A stretch of DNA of 59,878 bases from Perkinsus chesapeaki ATCC PRA-425 (Eukaryota; Protista; Perkinsozoa), in assembly GCA_013115145.1 (NCBI GenBank), contig JAAPAO010000158.1:1-59878 (forward strand), in the 5' to 3' direction. Positions 12,068-22,714 of the stretch are shown piece after piece; positions within the stretch are counted from its first letter, which is position 1, and each line of letters starts with the position of its first letter. The translations under genes were made by a program, and so were the position numbers. The notes under the pieces are model-generated. The model had not been told where the DNA came from. It saw only the letters and a list, made by a program, of their open reading frames with translations, and made no database searches.

Positions 12068-13115
12068 AACTAATACTGTTATGCAAGATTATTTGTTAAT
12101 GCAGCGGAGTTGATTACGGTGTTTAGTTGAGTTGCTGAAAAGCACACAAGTAAGCGGGCCAACTCTGTCCCTCTCCACTGCATTTGATACTGTTATTCAT
12201 TGTGCGCCGCTCGCTCCCTTGTACATGCGTGCACAGCTAAATCCCCCTGCGAATGTGAGCTGAATAAGAAGAAGCCTTTGTAGACTCTCTTCTCGCCTTG
12301 TGTTCGTCCATATGAACGAGGAACAAGCAACAGATACGTCTACGTACTGGTCAACTCTAGGCAATCATATCTCCCTGCTGCCCAAGCTGGATATGAAAAT
12401 AACTGTCAATACCAGCTTGTGCCAGCGATGAGAAGCTTTCCGACTTCGTCTACATTCGGTGAACACGGGAGACCTAGCGGTAGAGGATTCCAGCACATAG
12501 AGACTTATAGTCGCCAACAGTCCAAGTCAGTTTACGCTTTTATATTTTTTGTCTCCATTATTGAAGACATTAGTGAGTCCGTTACTCACAATGTAACATA
12601 TGCTCGCAGACGTTTCTTATACATGGGAACCAGGTAGAGGCTATGTTACTAGTACAACGGAGTCCTCAATTTCCTGGGGCTCAGCACTTGACTCTCCTCC
12701 GTCAAATGTTCCACGGAGAGGACAAGATACTCGCATGCTCAAACCCCGAGCCGGATCGGGAGACCTCAGACAAGCACAGGAGGTCAGAAAGTAAACTACT
12801 CCGCTCCACACCCGCGACGAGTAAAACGATGGTACTGGTGAACAACTCATCACGACTCCACGTGGTCTGTGAAGCTTAAAGCTCGCTCATCGATCTGGAG
12901 CATTTACTTAGCTCAAGGCAGGCATGCAAGATGATAATGAAAATGAAAGAAATTCTCACAGAATGGAGCTCGAAATGTTCGAGTAGACTAGTGGTCAACG
13001 TTGTACACCAATCGATAGTGGGACTGGCAGGAGTATCTGTTTCTCAAGACTAACTTCAGTCAGTAAGGGTTGAGTGCACTCTTCGAGCTCAGGGCTCTTG
13101 CGGGCGTCACGAGAC

Positions 13116-13894
13116 CTAGCCATAGAAGATTTCCGCAAATAGGCGCTTGTGCTCATCGACAGTCTCACTGTCCGGGGCGTCGACCCGAAACCCGAAGCTT
13201 CCAGTGAAGAATGTCTTAGTGTCGTCGTCGAAACCTGGGCCAGCAGAAATGCCAAAATTAAAGTTATACTCGGCCAGCTCGGTACTATCACCATCGTCTG
13301 TTGTAACATTGAAATAATACAGTAGCTCAGTTTTTTTCTCGTGAAGGGTCCAATAGCCCTTATACAGGATGATATGATGACCAAGGTGAGAGCTCACCTC
13401 GAGCTTATACGTCATATTGTAGTCATAGCCATCGTAATCCACCACAGGCTCACCGAAACGGTCCGGGACCGTCATTCCAGTTTTGACATTGAAGGGGTTG
13501 CCTTTGTTGGATGTGAACGTACATTGATTGAATCAATTCGTGTATGATTGAAGCTAAAGCTGCCTGCAATGAAACCCGTCCTATTAGTTATAACACCATC
13601 CTTATACAGAGCACCATGGCTCACGGTTAAACGATTGTGGCCACTAGGACTTCCGGACGGTACGATCATAGTGCGGTATAACATACTCTCCGAACCGTGC
13701 TGGCTCTCAGCAGTAAACACACACGGCTTAGAAAGGTTGACCGATGGGCAGTTCCTTGCGGTTAATACAAGTGGTGGCGGGCTGTAGGGGGCCTGTCCAG
13801 CCGGAATGAGGCCCACGGCACTTGCCATAGCGATTGAGGCATGTAGGACCACGGCAGAGGCGATAATGGTGAGAGCATTATAAGATACCATCAC
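13116..13894 (-). pseudogene. Secreted (signal-peptide) hypothetical protein with a single frameshift near 13520
   Basis: Hydrophobic N-terminus MMVSYNALTIIASAVVLHASIAMASA. ORFs 13472-13894 and 13116-13475 join as RIDSINV-TFTSNKGNPFNVKTG if one base is added at AATGT^ACGTTC. Confidence 0.55.
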
Positions 13895-16100
13895 GAGAGC
13901 GAGTAAACTAGTGTAGCCTTCCCACTTCGGTGTAGTAATCCCAGCTTGCCGCGGCGGCTAAGCTGCGCCGTTCGCGTACGAAAAAGAATGCTAAATTGTT
14001 GACTTGAATTCCGCACACGGCCGATGATATTTCACATGTTACTGTTTCTATCGCATGCTGCAATGTTGTTGGGTTAGATTCATCAATGAACAAGATCTTT
14101 ACTCGGCATCCTTTTTCCCAAATCAAACCTCCTTTGAACAAGAGCTATTCTGTGACGCCGAGTGTCTCGGCCAAAGAAAGACAAGTGTGGGACTTCCAAA
14201 TCGAGTGGCACATGGCTTGTTGCATTTATAGCTCTATAGAGATATTATATGAGCCTAAGCATCCTGTTCGAAGGTGGGACACTTCCTGCCTTCTTGTCAA
14301 TGTTGCTGTATCGGAATGCATCTGAGTGGCCAACCCTACCAGAGTACAGGCTCCTTACTATAGCGTGTCCCACCACCAGCTACCATTTACGTTCTTCGGC
14401 ATCCGATAAAGTATTTTTTTGATAAACTGTAACGGTTATTGTGTACCGAAGCGTCTACCCTAAGGGTTAAGGCTATTGGCTTGCGTTATCTTATACAACT
14501 TGGATAGTATTGTCGACACTGGCCCTAACACCCAACTGGACTAGCGTAACAGCCGTGTGCGACAGCGTGAGACGCCGCGGTGCTTATCTATAACAAGTTC
14601 GTGGGGCAATATATGCATGTATGCCCGTATGAGCAGCATGGTAGTCGGGGCCTCCCTGTGTACCAGGTGCCGGACGCTCCCCACCACAGTGGGGTTGCTG
14701 CACTATAGTAAAACTGGGACGACTACACTACTCATCACACAACGTGCGCCACCGCCAAGTCCCCATGAGCTACAACGTGACGCTGTAGCAGGCAGCGCGG
14801 AGACTTGCCATATCAGCACGAGCTGACAGGATACATCTCGTATCATTTCGATCCGAAGCTTTCGGAAAGCTCGCCCACAATTGGCGTGTCTTGTGGTAAT
14901 CTGTTGTTATGGTCTATACAATCTCCTCTCGGGCCGAGAGTCTCGGCTCCTTCTGTGCTGTCCTCTTAGCGCACTCCTATTATAGGAGTCCTATGACCGT
15001 GGTCCTTTGCCTTCCACGCCCGAGAACCGAGCTCAGGAACATGAAATGCTGAGGCCGCCAATCGCCACAATGCATACGGTTCGTCAATCTTTGATGCTCG
15101 AGGCTTGTTCGTGCCAAAACGGCAAACTGTATCAGATTTCCTTAATTTTCATCCTCATCTGGATCTTGAGTCTTTATGCATCTGGGACGTCTTCAGCAGT
15201 TCGCAGAGCGCCCTCCGCAAATTTCTCCTCCTTATCTGGAGCCACTTGGTATTTCCCCTCTCCAAAGACTTATTGTGTGCTTATTCCCAAGCGGCGCCTG
15301 CATGACCCACGATCGCCCTACCTTGTTCAAGGAAGGACGAGCTGTGTCTGGCGCCGCGCCAGTGGCGCGTGCTGCTTGATAATGCGTCTATTGTCATACT
15401 TGACAAGTATTACTTGTCACCATTTGTCAGCCTAAATGGAACTTCTTGGCTTTATTGACCAGAATGTTTAATACGTAGTAGGAGCGAAGCACGACACGCG
15501 GACCGCGTGACGCGGTCTGTTGAGGTTTTTGATACGCCCCTCATGGTGATTCACTCTTATCTGCGTCACGTTGGGGGGCTACCAAATGATTTATTCCTCC
15601 TCAAAGAGTCTGGCGTTGGCAACGCACTACGATGTTGTGGCCAAGGTTTCGCTATGGAAAATGCGAGCAGTGATATACAGGTTAAAACAAGTTCCTGTTG
15701 ACCGCACTGTGAAGGATTCTTGCAGGATGCGCTACATCGAGCTCAAAAAGCCGCTGATGAGACTTTTCTGGTGAAGCCAGTGAACCAGCCAATGCCCCAA
15801 GTGAGAAAGTATACTCTATCGTCACGTATAAACCCCTTAAGTAGTATGCCGATCTTGTCGGACCGCATTTGAGACCTATACCTTCCAGAAATCTATTTCG
15901 GGTTTAAGGCCGCCAATTTCGCGAATAAGGAAATCATTTTCGCGAATAGGGACATTAATTTCGTAGTAGGGGTAGAATAGATTCCTGGTATAGGAACAAA
16001 TTACTAGTGACGTACAGTACGTTACGTACTAGTGTGTATCCGGAACTTTGAGAAAAGCACTGGTCTCTCGCCCAAGGGGATTTCCCTAAATCTGTAGGCT

Positions 16101-16613
16101 CTAAAGAGCAGCCGTCTCCTTGTGGTCCATAACGACGCGGTGGCCCGAGCAGTATCGCACATAAAACAAGCTATGAGAGCGGTAAGTGGAAGGGTTGCAG
16201 ATATTAACAGGCTTCTCTGCGGCAGCCGCGCTGCCGAATAATGGAAAATGATGCGCATTGCAGTGGCTGCCTGGCAGAAATTCTCCATGGTGCACTGAGT
16301 CCAACTTTCCCTTGTGAAGTTTTCTTGGGAACAGTTGCACTGTTTTCGTTTCAATGTTCAGTGTCAGATATCTCCATACATTCCCAAGCCAGATGATGCC
16401 CGAGGGCATATTCAAGTGGTCAGTGAGATGGACCTTAATGTGTGTAGCCTGGCAATCAGCATGATTCCATTGCATAGTGCCAAACGAAGTGATGGCGAAT
16501 CGTATACTTTCATTTGACTTGTTGACAGGAGCTGTTGAGTTTGTCAGTTGTTCCGGCGGCGAGCTATTACCGCGATATGCAACCAGGGAGTCATCCGGCC
16601 TCACAGAAATCAT
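16101..16613 (-). CDS. Hypothetical ORF divergent from the first POT gene
   Basis: About 170 codons open from the ATG at 16613; no family recognised. Confidence 0.25.
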   Translation of the reverse strand: MISVRPDDSLVAYRGNSSPPEQLTNSTAPVNKSNESIRFAITSFGTMQWNHADCQATHIKVHLTDHLNMPSGIIWLGNVWRYLTLNIETKTVQLFPRKLHKGKLDSVHHGEFLPGSHCNAHHFPLFGSAAAAEKPVNICNPSTYRSHSLFYVRYCSGHRVVMDHKETAAL

Positions 16614-16714
16614 TTCTGTGAAAAATAAACATTTGAGCCTTCTACGCACGCGTGCAAAGTCCCAGCCCAGCACGCACGCGCTTCAGAACCGGCTGCATCA
16701 GTGCACTTCAACAA

Positions 16715-18346
16715 ATGACCGGCAACACGAAAAGGGAGCTGAGCTCCTTCAGCATCAAAAAGGAGTATTCATGGACCGACCTTTATGGTAACGAGTATAA
16801 TTACTATAAGAACCCTATGAAGGAGGCGGTCTCGTTCGTTCTCCTACAAGAGCTTTGCGAGCGGCTGGCCTTCTATGGTCTCACCCCCAACTTGCAGACA
16901 TTTCTCAAAGAGTACCTGGGATACAACGATAGCTCAGCCAACTCATACATATCTTCGTTTAACTCGATACTCTATGTGACCCCTCTGATATCTGCAGTCA
17001 TCTCTGACACCCTGCTCGGCCTCTACTACACAATAGTGGTCTTCTCGTTCGTCTACATGGCGGGATTGGCACTACTGACGGTCTCCTCGGTTAAGTCGAT
17101 AAGTCAGCCGTGGATGGTTCACGTATCTCTATTATTTCTCATTGCTTCTGGCGCAGGTGGCATCAAGAGCTGTGTGAATGTTATGGGAGCTCAGCAGTTC
17201 CATCCGGAACACCATAAGGAACTTATTACACGATTCTACACGTACTTCTATGCGGCGATCAACCTCGGCTCCATCGTTGGCGGCATAGTTACTCCGATAC
17301 TCCTCGAGGAGGCCGGATTTACGGCCAGCTTCGCCTTCCCTTTGGCATTCTTCATTCTTGCCACCACTTTGTTCATCCTTGGCAACCTAATGGGTCGATA
17401 TGTGAAGCCAAAGCCACAAGGCTCAGCGGTGTTGGAAATCCTGAAAGTTGTTGTCTACTCTGTGAAGAAGTGCTCACTTGAGAAAAATAAAGTCTCACAT
17501 GGCGGGAAGTTTGAGGACTCCTTCATTGACGATGCCAAGGCAGTATTCATGCTTTTACCGATGTTCACGTTGATTATACCATTTTGTATGGCCTACAATA
17601 ACATGACAACTGCCTTCCTCACCCAGGCCAAGAAAATGGACCGCAACACATTTGGCTGGAACATGCCTCCAGCAATGATTCAGAATGTGGATCCCATAGC
17701 GGTCGTGTTGAGCTCCTTCATTGTGGACACTTTGCTCTTCCCTGCTCTTCGGAAGCATGACCGAATGCCGGAGCCCCTCGTGAGATTCTGCATAGGGTCT
17801 GCCTTTGGTGCGGTCGCTTTGGCGTGTGCTCTAGTGGTAGAGTATCAAATCATGAGCCGGGAGATATTCAGCGTGTCAGTGTGGTGGCAGGTGCCGCAGT
17901 TCTGGATGATTGCTCTTGGTGAGATATTCCTGATGTCGACTTCTTACGAAGTTGCATTCACCTATTCCCCTTCATCATTGAAAGCGGTCGCCTCGGCCTT
18001 CAACTTGTGCTTCTTCGCAATTGCGAGCGCGCTGTCTGCCGTGTTGTTCTCGTTGTGTCAGTCGTGGCTGCCGGATTTCGATCCAGCCCAACCTACTGTA
18101 GAGTCCTATAAGAACGCACACTACGACTACTACTATTATTTTCTCATTGGTCTCTGTTCGGTCGGATCCCTTGGGTCCCTTCTGGCGCTCCCGTACTTCA
18201 AAAAGGTTAAGAAAAACAGCGCAGAGCGGCAAGCCGAGTTGGACCGCACTAAAGGCAGTTCAAGGCCGCCGTCGTCGAGCTTTGCCGAGTCCTCTGCTGC
18301 CAGTGAAGGTGCTTTGAGGAGGCGCTCAATCGCGTCGATGGCTTGA
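16715..18346 (+). CDS. POT/PTR2-family proton-dependent oligopeptide transporter, intronless (copy 1)
   Basis: ELCERLAFYG (ExxERFxYY motif), GAGGIKSCVNVMGAQQF, FYTYFYAAINLGS (PTR2 signature), MFS transmembrane pattern. First ATG at 16715. Confidence 0.95.
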   Translation: MTGNTKRELSSFSIKKEYSWTDLYGNEYNYYKNPMKEAVSFVLLQELCERLAFYGLTPNLQTFLKEYLGYNDSSANSYISSFNSILYVTPLISAVISDTLLGLYYTIVVFSFVYMAGLALLTVSSVKSISQPWMVHVSLLFLIASGAGGIKSCVNVMGAQQFHPEHHKELITRFYTYFYAAINLGSIVGGIVTPILLEEAGFTASFAFPLAFFILATTLFILGNLMGRYVKPKPQGSAVLEILKVVVYSVKKCSLEKNKVSHGGKFEDSFIDDAKAVFMLLPMFTLIIPFCMAYNNMTTAFLTQAKKMDRNTFGWNMPPAMIQNVDPIAVVLSSFIVDTLLFPALRKHDRMPEPLVRFCIGSAFGAVALACALVVEYQIMSREIFSVSVWWQVPQFWMIALGEIFLMSTSYEVAFTYSPSSLKAVASAFNLCFFAIASALSAVLFSLCQSWLPDFDPAQPTVESYKNAHYDYYYYFLIGLCSVGSLGSLLALPYFKKVKKNSAERQAELDRTKGSSRPPSSSFAESSAASEGALRRRSIASMA

Positions 18347-19316
18347 TTGAATACTTAAAGAGTGTTTAGATTTTATATTATCTGCTACTGCTGTGTTACC
18401 GTGTCAATCTGACCTCCGGGTTGTAGCACAATCGAGCTACTCCTCGCTCTCAGACATGGCCCACTTTCACAAAGAGCACCCTTGGTGGGCCTCTAATTAT
18501 TAGAGCTGCTATTAGAGTCTAATAGCAGCTTGCTACTACGTGCCCGTCAAGAGGGCCTCAAGACACCCGCCGTTCCTTTTTTGGGAATGTATTGTAATCT
18601 CCGGGTGTCCGATACATTTCTGACCCACCGCTAGGGACATAGTATGGATAGTCTAATTAAGCCTTCTTTCGGACTATAAACTCACACACACCCCGCTGGG
18701 GACGCCTCCTTGTTCTCAAGGGAATGTAATTGGGTGACTTCATGAGGTTCAGTGCACCCAGCTTATGCTCAGCTAGGAATTAGTTAAATAATTTTGTTAA
18801 TTTGATTTATACGCTACTGACCAAGCCTCACATTATTCGAAGTCCACCAACATGTGCATGCGTGCAGTCGATCGCCGCACGCAGGCGTAAAACATTCACG
18901 TCACGCGGTCCGACAGTCCCCTAAGAAGAATTAGATTTGGGGAAAGTCTTTGACGCTCGGAAATGCTGAAACTAGTGTTCAACAAGCGAAGGGCTGACAG
19001 CTCTAGCTGTACTCGTATGAAATATTATTAACTCGAAGCTCGAACGTTCGCAGCCATGCAGCAAGTAGGTCTTGTGCGCTCCCCCGCTGGGCGGCGCCTC
19101 CGTAGGACAGTGCGTGGATTTTCTGGCGAGCCCTCGTGAATAAAATATGATATCGCATATCTTGGGAGGCGTGGGTGTTACAAGCTCCTTCTAAGGGGCA
19201 GTCTGCAATACTCGTTTTACTTAATACTTAATTCGTTAATACTTCGTTTTAGGTTGATCGCTTATTCTGTAATCAGCTGTCGTGTTCAGGGCATTCCCAA
19301 TTTTCCCTTTTTAAAA

Positions 19317-20828
19317 ATGGCCTACGAGAAGCCTTTCTCCTGGACAGATCGTTCCGGTAACACGTACCACTACTTTAGGAACCCAATGGTCATGTCCTGC
19401 ATTTTCATACTTATGCAAGAGCTCTGCGAAAGATTAGCATTCTACGGCATAACCCCGAACCTCCAGCTCTTCCTCAAGAAGTACCTCGGTTACACGGACC
19501 CTCAAGCTGACTCATACGTAGCGATCTTCAACTCTGTGTTGTACGTTACTCCGCTTATAGGAGGAGTTATGGCTGATACATTGCTTGGAGTGTACTATGT
19601 CATTCTGGCTTTCTCTATTGTTTATATGATTGGCCTGGTTCTGTTGACCTTGTCCTCAATTGAATCCATCACTCAACCTTGGATGATTCACTTATCGTTA
19701 TTAGTATTGATAACACTAGGAGCTGGTGGCATCAAGTCATGCGTCAATGTGATGGGTGCCCAGCAAATGCACCCAGAGGAACATAAAAAGGAAGTCACAT
19801 CATTTTTCACCTACTTCTATGCGAGTATCAACGTAGGCGCTCTCATAGGTGGAGTGGTTACCCCAATCCTGTTACAAGACGTCAGCTATTTTGCGAGCTT
19901 CGTGTTCCCCTTGGCCTTCTTCGTGGTGGCTACCGTTGTGTTTGTCCTTGGTGATTTCATGAACCGTTACGTTAAGGCCAAGCCGCAGGGTTCGGCAACT
20001 GTGAAGGTTGCCAAAGTAGCAGTATTCTCCCTCTTGAAGTGTTCATGCGAAAAGAACAAGAAGAGTAATGGTGGACGGTTCGAAGACGAGTTCATCGAGG
20101 ATGCGAAGCTCTTTTTCCGTCTCTTGCCCATCTTCACTCTAACGATCCCCTTCAACATGGTCTACAATACAATGACAACGACCTTCCTCACACAGGCGTT
20201 CAAGATGGACCGTAACACATTCGGTTGGAATATGCCTGCTGCTTTGATGCAAAACATAGATAGTATTGCAGTCATTGCCGTCTCGGTGACAGTCGAGAAT
20301 CTCGTTTACCCGTTCCTAAGGAAACGAGGGCTTATGCCACCACCGCTGGTTCGGTTCTGCATTGGATCACTGTTCGCTGCTGTGGCACTTTTGGCAGCGT
20401 TGTTCGTAGAGTATGCCGTGAAAGCTAATCCGCTATATACTGTGTCCATATGGTGGCAGATCCCCCAGTTCTCCCTTATTGCTACTGGCGAGATACTCTT
20501 AATTTCGACTAGCTACGAAGTGGCCTTCACGAACGCTCCTCCTGAACTGAAGAACGTTGCTTCTGCGGTGAATCTCTGTTTCATGGCTATGGCAAACGCC
20601 CTTACTGCGGTCCTGTTTCAGTTGACCGCTCCCTGGTTAACGGACTTCATTCCAGGTAGCGCTATTGCTCCCCCGTCACACTACGACTACTTCTACTTTG
20701 TGTTGATCGGTATATGTCTTGTGGGTGCTGCCGGTGCATTACTGTGCGTCCCTTATTACAGGAAAGTTGCAGCAGAAACACTTGCTAGGCAAAAGACTGA
20801 GAATCCGAGCGATAATGGCGACCCGTAG
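19317..20828 (+). CDS. POT/PTR2-family oligopeptide transporter, intronless (copy 2)
   Basis: Same motifs (ELCERLAFYG, GAGGIKSCVNVMG, FFTYFYASINVGA); collinear with copy 1. ATG at 19317. Confidence 0.95.
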   Translation: MAYEKPFSWTDRSGNTYHYFRNPMVMSCIFILMQELCERLAFYGITPNLQLFLKKYLGYTDPQADSYVAIFNSVLYVTPLIGGVMADTLLGVYYVILAFSIVYMIGLVLLTLSSIESITQPWMIHLSLLVLITLGAGGIKSCVNVMGAQQMHPEEHKKEVTSFFTYFYASINVGALIGGVVTPILLQDVSYFASFVFPLAFFVVATVVFVLGDFMNRYVKAKPQGSATVKVAKVAVFSLLKCSCEKNKKSNGGRFEDEFIEDAKLFFRLLPIFTLTIPFNMVYNTMTTTFLTQAFKMDRNTFGWNMPAALMQNIDSIAVIAVSVTVENLVYPFLRKRGLMPPPLVRFCIGSLFAAVALLAALFVEYAVKANPLYTVSIWWQIPQFSLIATGEILLISTSYEVAFTNAPPELKNVASAVNLCFMAMANALTAVLFQLTAPWLTDFIPGSAIAPPSHYDYFYFVLIGICLVGAAGALLCVPYYRKVAAETLARQKTENPSDNGDP

Positions 20829-21346
20829 ACTCTGACTAGCAGAATTCGCTTTTGTTGTAGCTTTTAGTCGTTGAACACTTTTCACGGTGCCCAAGTCTGG
20901 CACCATGTGAGTCGTACTGTACGACTCGCTAGTTCTGCCCTTATTCGAGTACAATGTCAGTCTGTTATATTTTTTCTAGTTAAGGCTTCCATGCCGAGTC
21001 ATCTCATATTTCTACTCCTGCTTTTACAGGTGGAGATGAAATATAAGTCTATCAGACAGCAAGCCTTTTGTTAAAGTATCACCTCGATGGTTTATCTTTT
21101 CATAATGGAATTTTCCCGCGCTCTTTATCAAACTGGGATATTTCGTCCGAGTTAGGGACATTAGTCGCTCTTGGGGTTCCGAACAAGTTGCTAGCGGAAG
21201 GCCGCCGGAATGACTGCCTTTCAAAGTTTCAAGGTTACATCGATGTGGTCCTCTCACAGTGTCCTCAAATGTTCACTTATTATTTGCATTCACTGCCTTG
21301 ACTCGCGTATGACAAATCCAACAGGTCAACAAAACACAAATGAGAA

Positions 21347-22714
21347 TCAGATGAGAATCACTTTGCGAGCTTTGCCTGGTTGACTGTCTCGTCTATGAGC
21401 TGCAACTGTTGCGTAAAGTTTCAGATTAAAACGAGAGAGCGCCTACCAGCAACAGAACTGTGAGTTCGTTGGAACAGCCAAAACCTACCGGCGGGACCGC
21501 ACTGATGATCTTGCCGAACTCGGGAATACCCTCTTTGTAAATTGTCGTTAAAGGGACTGAAAAAAATAATGCTAATCGCCGACTAGATTTATCGTCCCGT
21601 AATGAGCTTGCCGGAAAAGTTATGTGACGTGACACGGTGCTGTCGGGCAGCGAATAAGGAGCGTTCATTTGCGAAAAAAAATTCACAGAAATTGATCAAT
21701 AACAGCGGTTCCTTCTCACAGATTCGCACGCATGGGGTTAGACTTTCGAGTGGGCACCCAAACTTACTGCTTCTTATTTCGCATCCTGGACGGCTGCGAA
21801 TAACACATTTATGTGGCAGTGTTACTTGGTAGACGGAGATACACTCCTTGGGTCGCTGGACGTAGAGCGGTAAATAGGGGTAGACAAACTCGTCGAATTC
21901 AGGACGCCAAAACGTCAACAGTTTCTCTCCAACCTGATGGATGATGAACTTCTACTAGGCTGTGAAAAACGAATTGTAGGTTTCTCCTTCGACAAGGAAT
22001 GTTTCACTTCAAACCTCATATCTCCGCACTAGTAATATTTTTTGACCCTCGAGGAAGACATTTGCACAAAGTTGCATTGGTCTGTGGTTCCCACGACATT
22101 CTCAACGGCTTGCTAGGATACACTTGTGAATGGCACATATAGAAACTGACGCAAGTTCACTCGAAGGAGGTCCGTGTGGACGTGCAAGACCATCCTCGCA
22201 GCCAGAACGGAATAGTATATCTTACAATACCGACGTGGGCGGGCAAATGCTAATCCTTTCAAACATCATAACTCAAGGGTTAACTTACCGTCCATTCGCA
22301 TTTGCTTTGCTTGTCGTCAACACGCAAGATAGTTTTGCGCAATTTCCTGTTGATCCCATCAACTTCGGTCTCGCCCGGCGCGACCTTCCCACCCAGCAAG
22401 CGATATCGAGATCCGGCAGGCCTAAGCGAGAAATACTCCGACCTTCCAGACATTATAAATCCAGACCCGTTAGCTTGGCGTGGGCAGTCGAACATAAGCA
22501 AGCACGGTTGCTCGTTAAAGTGGCAGAGAACTGCGGCGTATGCGGTACCTGTGGAAAAACGAGCTTCAAGAGATAGTGTACCATTCCTGCAAGCTCTCGA
22601 GCTCCGCCATATCGGACTTCCTCATGATCGAATCAACCTGAACCCCTGAACCGACTCACGTCGCATGCCTTCCTTTTGCCAAGTATCCAACCACTTCTTA
22701 GTCGGCAACCCCAT
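21347..22714 (-). CDS. NUDT21: Cleavage factor Im 25 kDa subunit (CPSF5/NUDT21), multi-exon; 5' end uncertain
   Basis: Spliced reading WQKEGMRR|TAYAAVLCHFNEQPCLLMF...YRLLGGKVAPGETEVDGINRKL...EWT|VGEKLLTFWRPEFDEFVYPYLPLYVQRPKECISVYQVTLP...|IPLTTIYKEGIPEFGKIISAVPP|ALSRFNL. This parallels CFIm25 GMRR..LPGG.L.PGE.E.EGLKR..WWRPNF...YPY.P.H...PKE...YGPIISSLPQ.LSRFNF. Confidence 0.9.

Noticed and set aside
22130-22649. Plus-strand ORFs 22130-22576 and 22302-22649
   Set aside because: They are antisense shadows of the NUDT21 exons and intron.
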